Shown here: in pieces, positions 38,072-50,449 of the stretch | Layout of the letters: each line of letters starts with the position of its first letter | How positions within the stretch are numbered: position 1 is the first letter of the stretch | NCBI RefSeq assembly: GCF_016433145.1 | Contig: NC_058134.1 | Coordinates: 217,837,979 to 217,901,978 of the forward strand | Direction: 5' to 3' | Length of the DNA stretch: 64,000 nt | Origin: Gracilinanus agilis | Lineage: Eukaryota | Program-made: the position numbers and the translations under genes | Notes under the pieces: model-generated | The model's database searches: none | The model's input: only the letters and a program-made list of their open reading frames with translations | What the model was told of the DNA's origin: nothing

Positions 38072-39316
38072 ATGGACATCACCAGCTTTCCTTCTCCAAT
38101 GTCTGCATCCTCAGAACCAGAGAATGCCTCTCTCGCCTGGCCAGAAGACCCTTTCATGGGGAACCTGTCTACATCACCAGCTGGCACAGGACTAGATGTG
38201 AGTGGTGTGCTGATCCCTCTGGTATACCTGGCAGTGTGTGTGGTGGGTCTTTTGGGCAATTCACTGGTGATTTATGTGGTCCTTCGACACACTGTAAGTC
38301 CATCAGTGACCAATGTCTATATTCTCAACCTGGCCCTGGCTGATGAACTCTTCATGCTGGGTCTACCCTTCCTGGCTGCCCAGAATGCCCTCTCCTACTG
38401 GCCCTTTGGCTCCCTGATGTGCCGCCTGGTCATGGCTGTTGACAGCATCAACCAATTTACTAGTATCTTCTGTTTGACTGTCATGAGTGTGGACCGGTAC
38501 CTGGCTGTGGTGCATCCAACCAGATCATCCCGCTGGCGCACTGCCCCAGTGGCCCGGGCAGTGAGTGCTGCTGTATGGGTAGCTTCGGCAGTCGTGGTGC
38601 TGCCCGTGGTGGTTTTCTCAGGAGTCCCACATGGCATGAACACCTGCCACATCCAGTGGCCTGAGCCTGCTGCAGCCTGGCAGACAGGATTCATTGTCTA
38701 CACAGCAGCTCTGGGATTCTTTGGACCACTGCTAGTGATCTGCCTCTGCTACCTGCTCATTGTGGTCAAGGTGCGCTCTGCCAGTCGGCGGGTCCAGGTG
38801 ACATCATCCAAGCGGCGGCGGTCTGAGAGGCGGGTCACTCGCATGGTGGTGGCTGTGGTGGCCCTTTTTGTGCTATGCTGGCTGCCCTTCTACGTGCTGA
38901 ACATAGTCAATGTGGTCTGTCCCCTACCTGAAGAACCTTCCCTCTTTGGCGTCTACTTTCTGGTGGTCGTGCTCCCTTATGCCAACAGTTGTGCCAACCC
39001 CATCATCTATGGCTTCCTCTCCTACCGCTTCAAGCAGGGCTTCCGAAGAGTCTTGTTACGGCCCTCAAGGAAGGTCCGAAATCAGGAACCACCCACTGGG
39101 CCCCCTGAGAAAACAGAGGAGGAAGAGGAAGAAGATGAGGATGATGAAAGAGTAGCTAGAAAGGAGATGAATGGGCGTATCAGTCAGATCAGCCAACCAG
39201 GCAGTGGGGGACGGGAGCTACCACCCTGTAGACCCTGTGGCAGCGAACACAAGCCTCTCCCAGAAGAGTTTACTGGAGGGGAGAAATCCAGCACTTTGCA
39301 GACGAGCTATTTGTAA
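38072..39316 (+). CDS. SSTR3: Somatostatin receptor type 3, 414 aa class A GPCR, intronless CDS
   Basis: ccaacATGg Kozak start MDITSF; SEPENAS N-terminus, DRY, NPIIY (NPxxY), acidic C-tail stretch and SYL terminus typical of SSTR3. Acceptor cttcccag at 37981-37988. The ORF-track start at 38039 is a TTG. Confidence 0.98.
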   Translation: MDITSFPSPMSASSEPENASLAWPEDPFMGNLSTSPAGTGLDVSGVLIPLVYLAVCVVGLLGNSLVIYVVLRHTVSPSVTNVYILNLALADELFMLGLPFLAAQNALSYWPFGSLMCRLVMAVDSINQFTSIFCLTVMSVDRYLAVVHPTRSSRWRTAPVARAVSAAVWVASAVVVLPVVVFSGVPHGMNTCHIQWPEPAAAWQTGFIVYTAALGFFGPLLVICLCYLLIVVKVRSASRRVQVTSSKRRRSERRVTRMVVAVVALFVLCWLPFYVLNIVNVVCPLPEEPSLFGVYFLVVVLPYANSCANPIIYGFLSYRFKQGFRRVLLRPSRKVRNQEPPTGPPEKTEEEEEEDEDDERVARKEMNGRISQISQPGSGGRELPPCRPCGSEHKPLPEEFTGGEKSSTLQTSYL

Positions 39317-40990
39317 TTCATGGAATATGATTGGGCAAGGGAAAGAGAGGGGAATCAGAGAGAAGGGTTTTGGGGTGCCCCTGAGTACTGAGGGACCTTG
39401 GGCATCCCTAAAACCCATTTCCACCAATGGGGAGGGGCCTAGGTAATCAGGTCAATGCTGAGGAAGGAGATAGGGGATTGGTGGAAAAAAGGAACCAGAA
39501 TCCTGTGTGACCTTGGGAAAGTCACGTAACTACCCTGGCCCTCAGTTTTTTCAGTTTCAAAATGAGAAATTTGGACAAGATGATGTCTAGGATCCCTTCT
39601 AGGCCTAGACCTATTTTTCTATGATCCTAAGTGGGAGCAGGAAATCCTCAGACTTGACTGAGATAAGAGGTCATATGCTCTTTCCCAAGTAGCTGTCCCA
39701 TAAATGTCTTAAGAAGAGGGGATTTTGGGGATCTGGGCTGTAGCAGATCCTGGATGATGAACCCTTTTCCTCCCCAGATGTGAGTAGCCCACATCTGGAG
39801 TATTGTGCCCAGTCTTGGGTGTCATATTTTAAGAGAAACATTGACCAGTGGTGCTGTGTCCAAGATGTCGAGGGCACTGGATATCATGCTATCTGAGAAC
39901 TGATTGGGTCTGAATCTCAGCTCTGCCATTTTTTAGCCTTATGACCTTAGGCAAGTCACCAAATTTCTCTGGGACTAAGTTTCCTCATCTATAAAATGAG
40001 TAGAATGGATAAAATGACCTCTGACATCTTTTGCAGCCCTTACTCTATGGTTCTATGATGCTGTTACTGCTTCCACCTCTGGGACTCAATTTCTTTATCT
40101 GTAAAATAAAAGTGTTGGACTAAATGATCTCAGGGGCCATTCAGCACTAAATCCTCTGAATCCTCTGAAAGCTCTCTCCAAGTACCTAATGAGCTGCTGT
40201 GTGGAAGACGGAGCAGATCTGTCCTGCCTGGCCCGGAGCAGAATTAGAAGCAAGGGGCTGAGAATTTGTGATGTCAGCTCTCCCTAAGGAGAAGCTTTTT
40301 AAACAACTTTAACTGTCTATCGGGGAAATGGGCTGCCTCAAAAACCCCTTTCACCTCCCTGGAGGTCAGGTGCCTCCTGACTGAGGATGTTGCATAAAGG
40401 ATTTCTGCTCAGGTATGGGTTGGACCAGAAGGGCACTGAGGTCCCTGCCAACTCTGACACTTTTTGACCCTTGAACCAACATCTCTACCCATCTCCTTAT
40501 GGGGGAAGGACCATCCCCCATGCTATTTACTAGATGAATGACATTGGGCAAATTACTTAATCTCTCTGGTCCTCAGTTTTATCATCTGTCCAATGGAATG
40601 GTTGGACTAGATGACCCCTAAGGCCCCTTCCAAATTGAAAGTCAGTGATCCAACCCACCTTTTCCCAATGTCCCTGCCCCATCTCCCACTTCCAACTCCT
40701 GGGTTTTTTAATCCACCCAGGGATTAACCAGTAGAAATGCACTAGGATGGAGCTGAGAGGGAAGGCCAGTTCCATTCCAACATTTTTAGTGGATTCTATT
40801 GGCTTGGAATGGCAAGGTAGCCATCCCGGCTACTGAGAGAGATGTATTCTCAACCTTCCACTTCTCATCCTATAAGATATCTAAGATAATTAGAGCTGGA
40901 GTCATTCCACTGTGGAGCCTCCTTTTGTAGTAGCTTGATTGAAGGAGATCGAGTCTAGAGGAAGATGCTGGGGGAGAGGTGAGCTTGGAG

Positions 40991-41183
40991 CAGTGATTCC
41001 CAAAGTGGGCGCTACCGCCCCCTGGTGGGTGTCGCAGCGATCCAGAAGAGTGGTGATGGCCACAGGTGCATTTATCTTTCCTATTAATTGCTATTAAAAT
41101 TTTTTAAAAAATAATTTCCAGGGGGCTAAGTAATATTTTTTCTGGAAAGGGGTCAGTAGGCCAAAAAAATTTGGGAACCACTG
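40991..41183 (+). mobile_element. hAT MITE family A, copy 4 (AT-rich core variant)
   Basis: Same TIRs; flanks gcttggag / gttggagg share ttggag. Confidence 0.9.
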
Positions 41184-42314
41184 GTTGGAGGAAAGAGACA
41201 GCATGAGACCTGTTCTGGGCTGAGAGGGGCAGCATGGAGGGAGGTCATCCTCAGAAGGCCAGCCTGTGGGCTTGGGGAACCTGGATACGTACGTTTAGAT
41301 GTACCTGGAAGGGAATTATAGAGCAGAGGAGTGGCAGGAGTGCTTGACTCAGTCAGAAGACCTGGTTTCTAATTCTGGCCCTGCCATTAATTAGCTGCGG
41401 AACCTAGCTGAATAAAAGGGATCTTCCTGTCCATAAGATTCTTCATCTGTAAAATAGGAATGATTATCTCTTCCCTGCCTACCTCACAGGGCTGTGGTAA
41501 GGGCCCATTTGGGTAATGGATGAGAAATCACTTTGTAAAATCTCAAGTGTGATTCAGTGCTTCAGATTTGGAAGGCATTTAATAAATGTTTATTGGATGA
41601 AACCCAAGGGCTAATTATCATGAAATACAGACCTCACTTCTTCTCTACTCCACCTCCCCAGGTTGCTGGACAAAAGTCACCAATCTTTCATCACTCTACC
41701 CTGTTAAGGAGGGAGCTGTGGTGAAACTAGGCTGCCCCAGAATCTCCATGGAAATAACTGGCTAAAGTAGTAACGTGATTTGGCGGGAGGTTAAAGGTCT
41801 GATACATTGGGGTGGCAAGGAAGCAGGGATTAGGAGAAGGACCATTTCTGGAGGAAATACAAAGAAGGCCTCCTGCCATTTACCAGCTCTGGGATCCATG
41901 GTGAGTTGGAGCCTCCCTCTGCACCTCAGTTTCCCCATTTGTAAAATAAGGGAATTGGACTCAGTGATTTCTAAGGTCCCTTCTAGCTCTAAGTTCTTAT
42001 GATCCTCAGACTTGGATAGGTACCTGGGGGGACGTGAAGATGCTGGAAGAGGAACTGACTGATGTGTGAAGAATCAGGGCACCAGGAAGATACCCTCTGA
42101 ACTGGAATGGCAGGGCAGGGGAGTGAGGACACAGGAAGAGACCTGTTTGGGATATATAATATTTGGTCTCTTTGTTCTGGGAGTGGGCAGGAGGGCAGTG
42201 AGGGAGAGAGGGCTTGAGAAGATGGTTGAGTCCCTTCTCTGTCTCCTCCATCTCCTCAGCTCTCTCCCACCCCATTCCTGCAGTAAGCTCACCTTGAACT
42301 TTTCTCGGAAAAGG

Positions 42315-42331
42315 CTGTTGCTAGGCAACAG
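42315..42331. promoter_or_regulatory. Palindromic RFX X-box motif
   Basis: CTGTTGC-TAG-GCAACAG: perfect 7-bp inverted arms, core GTTGCTAGGCAAC. Confidence 0.55.
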
Positions 42332-42458
42332 TGGTCCATCGCATTGACTCTCCATCCTGAGTCCTGAGCCACAGGACAAATATGGCCAGCTGCAGGGAGA
42401 AGGTGCTGTGCGGGAAGGCTTGTGGGTTTATGTGAAGAGGGAGGCTAAGGTGTGTGTA

Positions 42459-42495
<37 letters not shown>

Positions 42496-44043
42496 ACACA
42501 CACGTGCATCTGTGTTGAGGGCAGGGGCAAAAATCAGGAGAGAATACCCAGGGCTCAGAGCTTATCCTGCATTTCTGAGGAGCCATGGAGAGCAGCAAAT
42601 GTAACCAGTACACAAAAAATGGCAGGGTGGCAGAATGGGTCCTGGGTTTGGAGTCCAATGAGCCAGGTGTGAATCCTGGCTCTGTCCCTCTGATATTCCA
42701 TCCCTACTCTGAGCCTCAGTTTTGCCAGCTGTAAAATGAGGGGATCAGACTTAATGACCCCTAGATATCATGACTGGTAATTAGTGGTGGATGATCTGGG
42801 GAAAACCCTAAAAATGATGGGAGCCCAACTTCTCACGGACGTTTATAGAGTGGTCCTCCAAGGAAATGATCTGTCTCCTATTGTGTATTTCTCAATAAGG
42901 ATGCTGATTGTTGAGTTTTCTAGAGGTGTTTCAAGTAAACAAAGCACTTTCTTCACATACAACCCTCTGAGACAGGCACAATACTATAGATATTACTTGA
43001 TCTGTTTTACAGATAAGGAAATTGAGGTTTAGAGAGGGAAACAACTTAACCAAGATCACATAACTGGTCATTGTCAGAGCTGAGACCAAGAGTCAAAGTA
43101 GTGAGTGGAAAGAACAATGGCTTTAGACCTGGGTTCAAATCCCACCTTTCATATCTTTCCCATTAAGTCCTTAGGTGAATCGCTTAACCTCTGTGGGACT
43201 TGGTTTCCTTATTTGTAAAAAAAGTGGTTAAACTAAAAAACCTATAAGATCCTTTCCAACATCTAAATCTATGATCTCACAATTGCCTGGTTTCTGCTCT
43301 TCACATCTAGTATTCTTTCCATTGCATCTGCTTGTCTGCCTGAAGTCTTTGAGGTGCAAAAGACCTTTAAAAAGGGCTAATTGGGAAATACCAGTGGTCC
43401 CTAGGGGAAGACAGTGGTAAAGATTAAAATTCACTTGTCCTCTTCCCTACTTGAATTGAGAGTAGGAATAATTTATACAGATACATAATTAAATACACAT
43501 CTATGTATGCACATATATGTATACATGTGCACATATAATCATATGTACATATGTATACTTACAAGTTATAGTTAATATATAATTCTTCAAGGTTTGCAAG
43601 TGGCTTTATATAAATTATCTCAATTTGATCCTCACTACAACCCTGTGAGGTAGGTGTTATTCTTATTCCCTTTTTACAGATGTGGAAACTGAGGCTCAGG
43701 AAGAGTAAATGATTTGCCTCAGTGTCGCACTGCTAAGTGTCTGGGATAAGATTCAAACCCAGATCTTTCTGATTCTATTTACTAAGCTACCTAGCTGCTA
43801 GGAATGAAAGAAAACAAGCATTGATTAAGTTGAGGCCACATGGCAAGTACTGTGCTAAATGCCCACGGAAAGCCAAGATTGTACCTACCTTTAACAAGCT
43901 CACATTCTAACTGGGGAGTATGAGTGGGGGAGAGACAAACTTAGGGAGGAGGTCCAGCAACAGGGCAGGTGGAAAGGCAGCTAAGGAAGTCTCTTGGAAA
44001 GGACTGGTTATTCACTGTTGGGAAGGAGGGAATGCACCTAAGA

Positions 44044-44259
44044 CCATTTGGTCAAATCTATGACACTTGTGCCAGAGGGGACTGCTCCCTTCCCCCTCTT
44101 CACCACACCAGAGGACATCTCTCACATCACCCCCTCTTCCCAGCAGCCCAGTGGGAGCATTTCCTCCCTCCCTGTCTGAGGTAAGGGAAGGAAGTTGCTC
44201 ACATGCAGCATGAGGGTTGAAGTTTGGGCATTCCATCTCTAAAAGGTTCACCATCACTG
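44044..44259 (-). mobile_element. hAT MITE family B, copy 2, 216 bp
   Basis: Reverse-complement homologue of 19833-20048 over its full length; ends AGGTTCACCATCACTG; degenerate TSD acctaaga / gcttaagg. Confidence 0.85.
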
Positions 44260-44349
44260 GCTTAAGGCTTGAAATGGAGAGGGCATTCTGGGTTCCCACC
44301 AACTCAGCCTAACTAGGGTCTTCTAGGTGCCCCAAATAGGCTCTGAGCA

Positions 44350-44560
44350 GTTTGTTGTTGTTTTGATGATTTTCAGTCATTTTTAAATTGTATCACACCT
44401 TCATTTGGGGTTTTCTTGGCAGAGATATTGGAGTGGTTTGCCATTTCCTTCTTCAGCTCATTTGACAGATGAGGAAACTAAAGTAAACAGGTTTGAGTGA
44501 CTGGCCCAGGATCATCCAGCTAAGGTCATATTTGAACCCAGGTCTTCCTGACTCTATGCC
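44350..44560 (-). mobile_element. MAR1-like SINE
   Basis: gttgttgttttgatg tail, ggggttttcttggcagagatattggagtggtttgccatttcc. Confidence 0.75.
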
Positions 44561-44644
44561 TTGCTTGATATCAGCTCCAATTGGACCACTCCTTCCTCCT
44601 TTCCCCCTCCCCCAGTGGGCTAAGGTTATGGGTTAGATTAAATC

Positions 44645-44860
44645 AATCATTCTCAAAGTATGGTCTGGGATCCCCAAGACCTTTTCAATGGAGTCCATAA
44701 GGTAAAAAACTATTTTCATAATAATACCAAGGCATTTTACTTTCTAATACAGTAAATATTGGTGCACATAACCCACATAAACAAAAGTTCTTTGCAGGCT
44801 CATTAATTTTCAAGAGTGTAAAGGGGTTCTGAGACCAAAATGTTTCAGAGCTATTGGCTT
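44645..44860. mobile_element. Degraded hAT-Charlie-like MITE
   Basis: cattctcaaagt ... tttcagagctattg TIR-like ends with MER3/MER33-like internal sequence; heavily diverged. Confidence 0.4.
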
Positions 44861-45356
44861 AGCTAGATGTCTGCTGAAGTCCCTTTCAACTCCCAAATTT
44901 GGTGACACTCTGATTCTGTGATCTTTTCCAGTGATCCTTCCTCTGCTTTGATGTTCCATTTCCCCATGGTGACCAATCACAGCCTTGCTTTAAATCTTAT
45001 CATTACTCAGTTTAAGGGAAGAAGAGTTTTCTATCTAATCTCATCCAGATTGGCTAATGGAGGATTCCCTGGGAAACTCTAGGAGGGAACTAGTGGCCAC
45101 ATGATAAATAATTGCACTAGCCACGTGCCTGTTTTCATAAAGGCTGACCAGGCTAAGACCAGAGAGGCTAGTTACTAGGAAGGTATCCACCCATGGAGGT
45201 ATATTTTTGCCTCCAGTAGCTCTCCTTAGAAGTGGGGAGAGTGAGCTCTGGGTATTTGGGGAAAAGGCTTAGAACGGTGAATTGCAGATCTTCTGAAATG
45301 TGGAAATAGGGAGATAGTCCTAAAACACCACTCCTTCTATTCATCTCGATACTACC

Positions 45357-45426
45357 TCATTCATTCATTCATTCATTCATTCATTCATCCATCCATCCAT
45401 CCATCCATCCATTCATCCATCCATCC
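45357..45426. repeat. Compound (TTCA)n(TCCA)n microsatellite
   Basis: Direct reading. Confidence 0.95.
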
Positions 45427-45857
45427 AAAGGATGAACTAAAGACCGATCCTTAGTCATGGGATTATAGGATTATGGGTTTTAGAGCTGGAAATTAGAGTT
45501 CCCCTCCCTCCCCCATTTAATAGAAGAGGAGACCAAGATGAAATCAAGTGAACCCACTTTGTGCCCAGCTCTGTGCCAGGAGCTGGGTTTACAAAAACAC
45601 ACACATAACATATGACACATACAAACACACAGTGTCTGCATTCATTGGGTGGAAACAACATGTATCTACATAAATCCTGTACTATAGTGGAAAGACTGTT
45701 AGATTTGGAGTCAAAGAACTTTATTTCAAATTCTGACTTTGCTAATTTCTAATTCATTACCTTGTATACGTCACTTCTCTTTTCTGAGCCTCAGTTTCTT
45801 TATCCGTAAGATCGAAGGCGTTGGTCTAGATGGCCTCAAGTCCCTTCTACAGTCTTG

Positions 45858-46421
45858 TGTAATGCAGGATTTATGCAAGATCTCTTGCATTTGCAAAAAT
45901 ACCCTAGGCAATCCTGTCAGTTAGGAGAATGGAAATCTGGCCCAGCAGGTGCTAGTCCCAGGAGCTGACAGTTTGAGCTGGGACTATAAAAACCCCTGCA
46001 GAACCAACCTGGGGGTTCCAATTTCCTTGACCTCACCCAGACACCCAGCTACCCCTGACTTCCCCTTGGGGACCCCGGGAGGTTGAAGGGAGGTTGAAGG
46101 GAGGTTGAAGGGAGGTTGGGTTGTGGATTGTGGGCAGGATTTAGATTAGGGCAGCCTAGCAACAGGGACACCCCCATACCAATTTGTCAACTATATCTGT
46201 CTAGCTGGTGGTCCAACAACACCAGGGCAGTGTTAAACTATCTCTGGCTGAGGGCTGGTTCCCTCAGCCTGGCCTTACCTTCTAGGTCCATAGCCAACAC
46301 TTGCCAGCCGCCCCTAGCAGCCTCTCAAGAGCCCTACACCCTCTTACCTCAGTTTTCCCTTCTGTGTTAAAATAAAACCCTCAGCCTGCAGCTGAGAGTC
46401 TCTATAATTATTATAACATCA
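45858..46421 (+). mobile_element. Probable solo LTR (564 bp) of an endogenous retrovirus
   Basis: Starts TG, ends CA; 5-bp TSD TCTTG at 45853-45857 and 46422-46426; TATAAAAA at 45985-45992; AATAAA at 46371-46376. Confidence 0.65.
46077..46118. repeat. 11-bp tandem repeat (GGGAGGTTGAA) x3.8 inside the solo LTR
   Basis: Three perfect units plus a partial one. Confidence 0.95.
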
Positions 46422-46968
46422 TCTTGGGCTAAAGGGGCTGAGGAGAGGGGGGAATAGCAACCACTTGACTCTAAAGGAAGTACTGGGCAAGCATCCATTG
46501 TATCCAGGAAGTGTGTGAGCTTCACTCCCTGTTGAGTTCTGCTTTCAATCCAGCAGGGAGGGGCCCCTCATTCTCCACCTTAAAGGAGCCTACAGGTAAC
46601 AGGGAGACTGACTGAGCATCACAGCTCAGGCTACACATCACTGACAGTCTCAAATCACCTGTCACTGTAGTTACAGGCTCCCAGGCCCAGGTGACACACT
46701 TGTACCACCAGTTCCCCTGTTATCAGCCACATTACCCACTTATTACACCTGAGATAAATGAATATGAGATAGTGGATATTTCACAAATGAGGACCCACCC
46801 CTGCCTTCTTGTCTTGCCACACTCCTGTCTTTGCCCTCTCCACAAATTCTGCCCTCAAGGGTCCACCGTTATAGCCTTGCCTCTTGAGTTGCTAGTCCTC
46901 ATCAGATGGAGACCAAGGCAGCGACAGCAGCAGCAATTGGATGGTCCATCTGTTAAGACAAGCATTTA

Positions 46969-47124
46969 GAATAATATGGAAATAAGTATCATGTGATAAC
47001 ATTTGTACAACCCAGTGGAATTGCTTGTCGACTCTGGGTGGGGGGGAGGAGGAAAGAGGGGAGGGAGAGAACATGAATCATGGAAACATGGAAAAATATT
47101 TAAAAATGAAAATTAATTTTAAAA
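46969..47124 (+). mobile_element. 5'-truncated L1 3' end
   Basis: 14-bp TSD aagacaagcattta at 46955-46968 and 47125-47138; TT/AAGA endonuclease-like site. Confidence 0.85.
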
Positions 47125-48529
47125 AAGACAAGCATTTACTACATTATTGTCCCTTTCTACTCATAGATATCCTTGATAATTCTGGTGATGTCACTTCTCA
47201 TGTCCTTGCTGAAGCCCACTTATGCTCACCATACTTTTTTCCCCTTGCTTTTGGGTCACTGGCAAAGGCACTTCTGCAGATATAGTCAAAGAGCATTGCT
47301 AGGAGACCAAGGACAATCCAAAGAAGGGTTCTTGGGTTAAGGAGCAGGTTGGGAAACTTAAAAGGATTAGGCTATATCCTACATGCCACCCAGCTAGATC
47401 ACTATCCCCTCCAATCCTGGGTACAACTCTGGGATTCCAAAATCTTCTCTTTCTAAACAATTCCAAACTTAAACACCGTATAAGGCAGACTTTGGCACAT
47501 AGGTAATAGAACAGAAAAAGAGCATGCTACATGCAATAAAAGCTATCTTTTAGGCCCTGTGGGCTTTTCCTTTTCAGCATCAAAGATCAGCCTATAACTT
47601 TCAAAGCTATCCGGTTTGTTGGTGCTTCTTCTGATTGCCATTCTGTTCTCTTCTCAACATGAAACAAATGAAAAAAAAAAAGATGCCTCTTTTCTTTTCC
47701 TTTTTTTGAAACACTCAGTTATAATGCAATATGATATGAGTAACGGATCAAGCATCATCTCCTATTAGGGAAATTTTTCAGATCCCTCTCCCTACCTGCC
47801 AACTTCCTCTCTCCCTTCCAAACTACCTTGAATTTATAGTATATTTACTTGCGTGTATATATCCTGTATTTCTCCTATATGAATCCTGCAGGAAGTACAT
47901 CTACCTTAGAGAATATTTACTCTGTGATTTACAGCGTATTATCCTGTATGTGTTTATTTTTAAAATACTTCTATTTTATGTTGTTTCCTGCAACAGAAAA
48001 TGAGCATCTTGAGGGCACGGATTCTTGTCTTTTCTCTTTTTGGCTCCAGCTCCTGGTAAAGAGTAGCTATTTTCATGGATCAACTTCAGCTTATTTTTCT
48101 TTATTCACTTTACATTTATTCTGCATGGACATTCATATACACACATATATAGATATAATTATGCATGCCGTGTAATTATATATCATATAAGATTCTATTT
48201 TAATAGGATTTCTACTTTAAAATATAATTACATATTATATGGATATGGAATGTTCTTGACGTCAGGGAAAACTCGAGTTCCAGTCTAAATCTGACAATGA
48301 CTCGTTGGGGGACCATAGGCAAAGCCTTAAACTGTTCTCAGATGGTTTTCTGATCTGTAAAATGGGGGTCCCATGACTTTTATTGTAAGCCTTGCAGGAC
48401 CATTGCAAGGAAAGCCTTCCAGACTTCTAAGCACTAAAGAAAAGGGAATTCATAAGCATGATTATTTAAGCTCTGATGTGCCAAGTTCTAAGGCCCCTTA
48501 GAACTTGGAGAGAGAGGGAGGGAGGGAAG

Positions 48530-48533
<4 letters not shown>

Positions 48534-48590
<57 letters not shown>

Positions 48591-48636
48591 CTTGCCAGCC
48601 TCTGCAGCCTGGGAGGAGGCAGCAGCAGCAGCAGCA
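48534..48636. repeat. (CA)n microsatellite followed by a short (CAG)n
   Basis: Direct reading. Confidence 0.95.
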
Positions 48637-49608
48637 AAGACTGCAGGGGTTGCTGGAAGGATCCAGGCCCGGTGCCAGACACCCAGCCCAGGGCCCTACG
48701 TGAGGAGACTGAAACCTTTGGTGCAGCAGCCACTGGGATGCTCTCATCTCCTCCCTTTCCCAGGAATAGAAAAATCCATTTCCCTCAGGCTCATGGCCTT
48801 TCACAGAAGCAGAGATGTCAGATCTGAGAGCCATCTTTGAACAGGAACAACAGACCTGGGAAGAACCTTAGAACGCTGATTGTCAGAGCCGGGAGGGACC
48901 CTGGAATACAGAACATCAGATTTCAGAGGGAACTTAGACCAGAGAAGGTCAGAGCTGGAAGGGGCCTGAGAACAGGGGAGGGCAGAGCTGGGGTGAAGGT
49001 TAGGGCTCCGAATAGGAGACCTGAGGCATCTTAAAACTGCAGCTCCTTTGTCTAAGGAGAAGTCCCAGAGGAGGGAAGGTCCCACCCAGGGAGCTTGCCC
49101 TGATCTCTCCCAGTGTTTAGGCTGGTGCTCTCCTAGTCTGCCCAACTCCAGTTCTCTCTCCCCAGCTCTGCTCTGGAGGTCTATGACTCTCCCCCAAAAG
49201 TCCTGCTTTCTGGGGCTGGTCAACCCTGAACAACAGAGGCAAGGACTTGGGAAGCAATGGGAGAAGGGGGTGGGCTTGGGAGGCCTTTGGCCTGCTTGGG
49301 AAAGAGAGGCCCAGCTTAACCCACCTTTTCAGCTTAATGAGCAGGAAATATGTAAATATTTATTCTTGGAAACCTGCTGCCCTCTGCCTCCCCCACAGAA
49401 CTCTGTGCAAATATGATGTCACCCAGGCCTGCTGACAGAGTACACAGTGCCGGCCCAAAGTACACAACGTGCACCCACACAGGACACACAGGAACTCTGC
49501 TGCCACACGCACGAGCAACATTCCCACATATGTAGAGGCACATAGCTCATCTCCCCCCTCCCCTACCCCTCCCTCTCTCTCTCCCTCCCCCTCTCTCTAT
49601 CTCAGTCT

Positions 49609-49870
49609 NNNNNNNNNNNNNNNNNNNNNNNNNNNNNNNNNNNNNNNNNNNNNNNNNNNNNNNNNNNNNNNNNNNNNNNNNNNNNNNNNNNNNNNNNNNN
49701 NNNNNNNNNNNNNNNNNNNNNNNNNNNNNNNNNNNNNNNNNNNNNNNNNNNNNNNNNNNNNNNNNNNNNNNNNNNNNNNNNNNNNNNNNNNNNNNNNNNN
49801 NNNNNNNNNNNNNNNNNNNNNNNNNNNNNNNNNNNNNNNNNNNNNNNNNNNNNNNNNNNNNNNNNNNNNN
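49609..49870. other. Assembly gap (262 N), preceded by CT-rich sequence
   Basis: Direct reading. Confidence 1.
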
Positions 49871-50449
49871 CGGAGGTCCAAGGTTCTAGCTGGATCTCCT
49901 GATTCTCAAAGTCTTAGCAGAATTTGGAGTCTTTGGGGATCTCCTGAAATTTATCTACTCACTCGCACACACATCCATGCCAGGCAAAGGCTATAAAACC
50001 CCATGAACATGTTGTGAGTCATACCTCATGATCATACACAGGCCCATGTCAAAATAATCCTTTCAAGCTCTCCCATTTCCGATACATGCATTCAAACATA
50101 CATGCATGTGTACATATATCCATGTACAAAGACACACTCTAGTGGGTGGTCTAGTACCTAGTTCTAGTTCTAGGCTTGGAGCTCAATTTCCGGCTGCCTA
50201 GGTGACTTTGGACAAGTCATTTCCCCCCTCTTCTAAGGGCCTCCCAGTTCCAATACCCCCCTTTCTACAGGCCCCAGCCCTTCCATTCCTTATTCCAGTG
50301 TGTAGCCTCCTCCCACCTCCAGCTCTGGGATACATACCCAGCATATAACTCTATCCATGTAGACCTGAATATTGATTGCCTCCCCCTTCACCAATAGACT
50401 TTAAATGAGAAGACCTGAGTTCAAATGGCTCCTCAGCAATATGACCTTG

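Noticed and set aside
48697-48702. HIF element TACGTG
   Set aside because: A single short motif with no supporting context.
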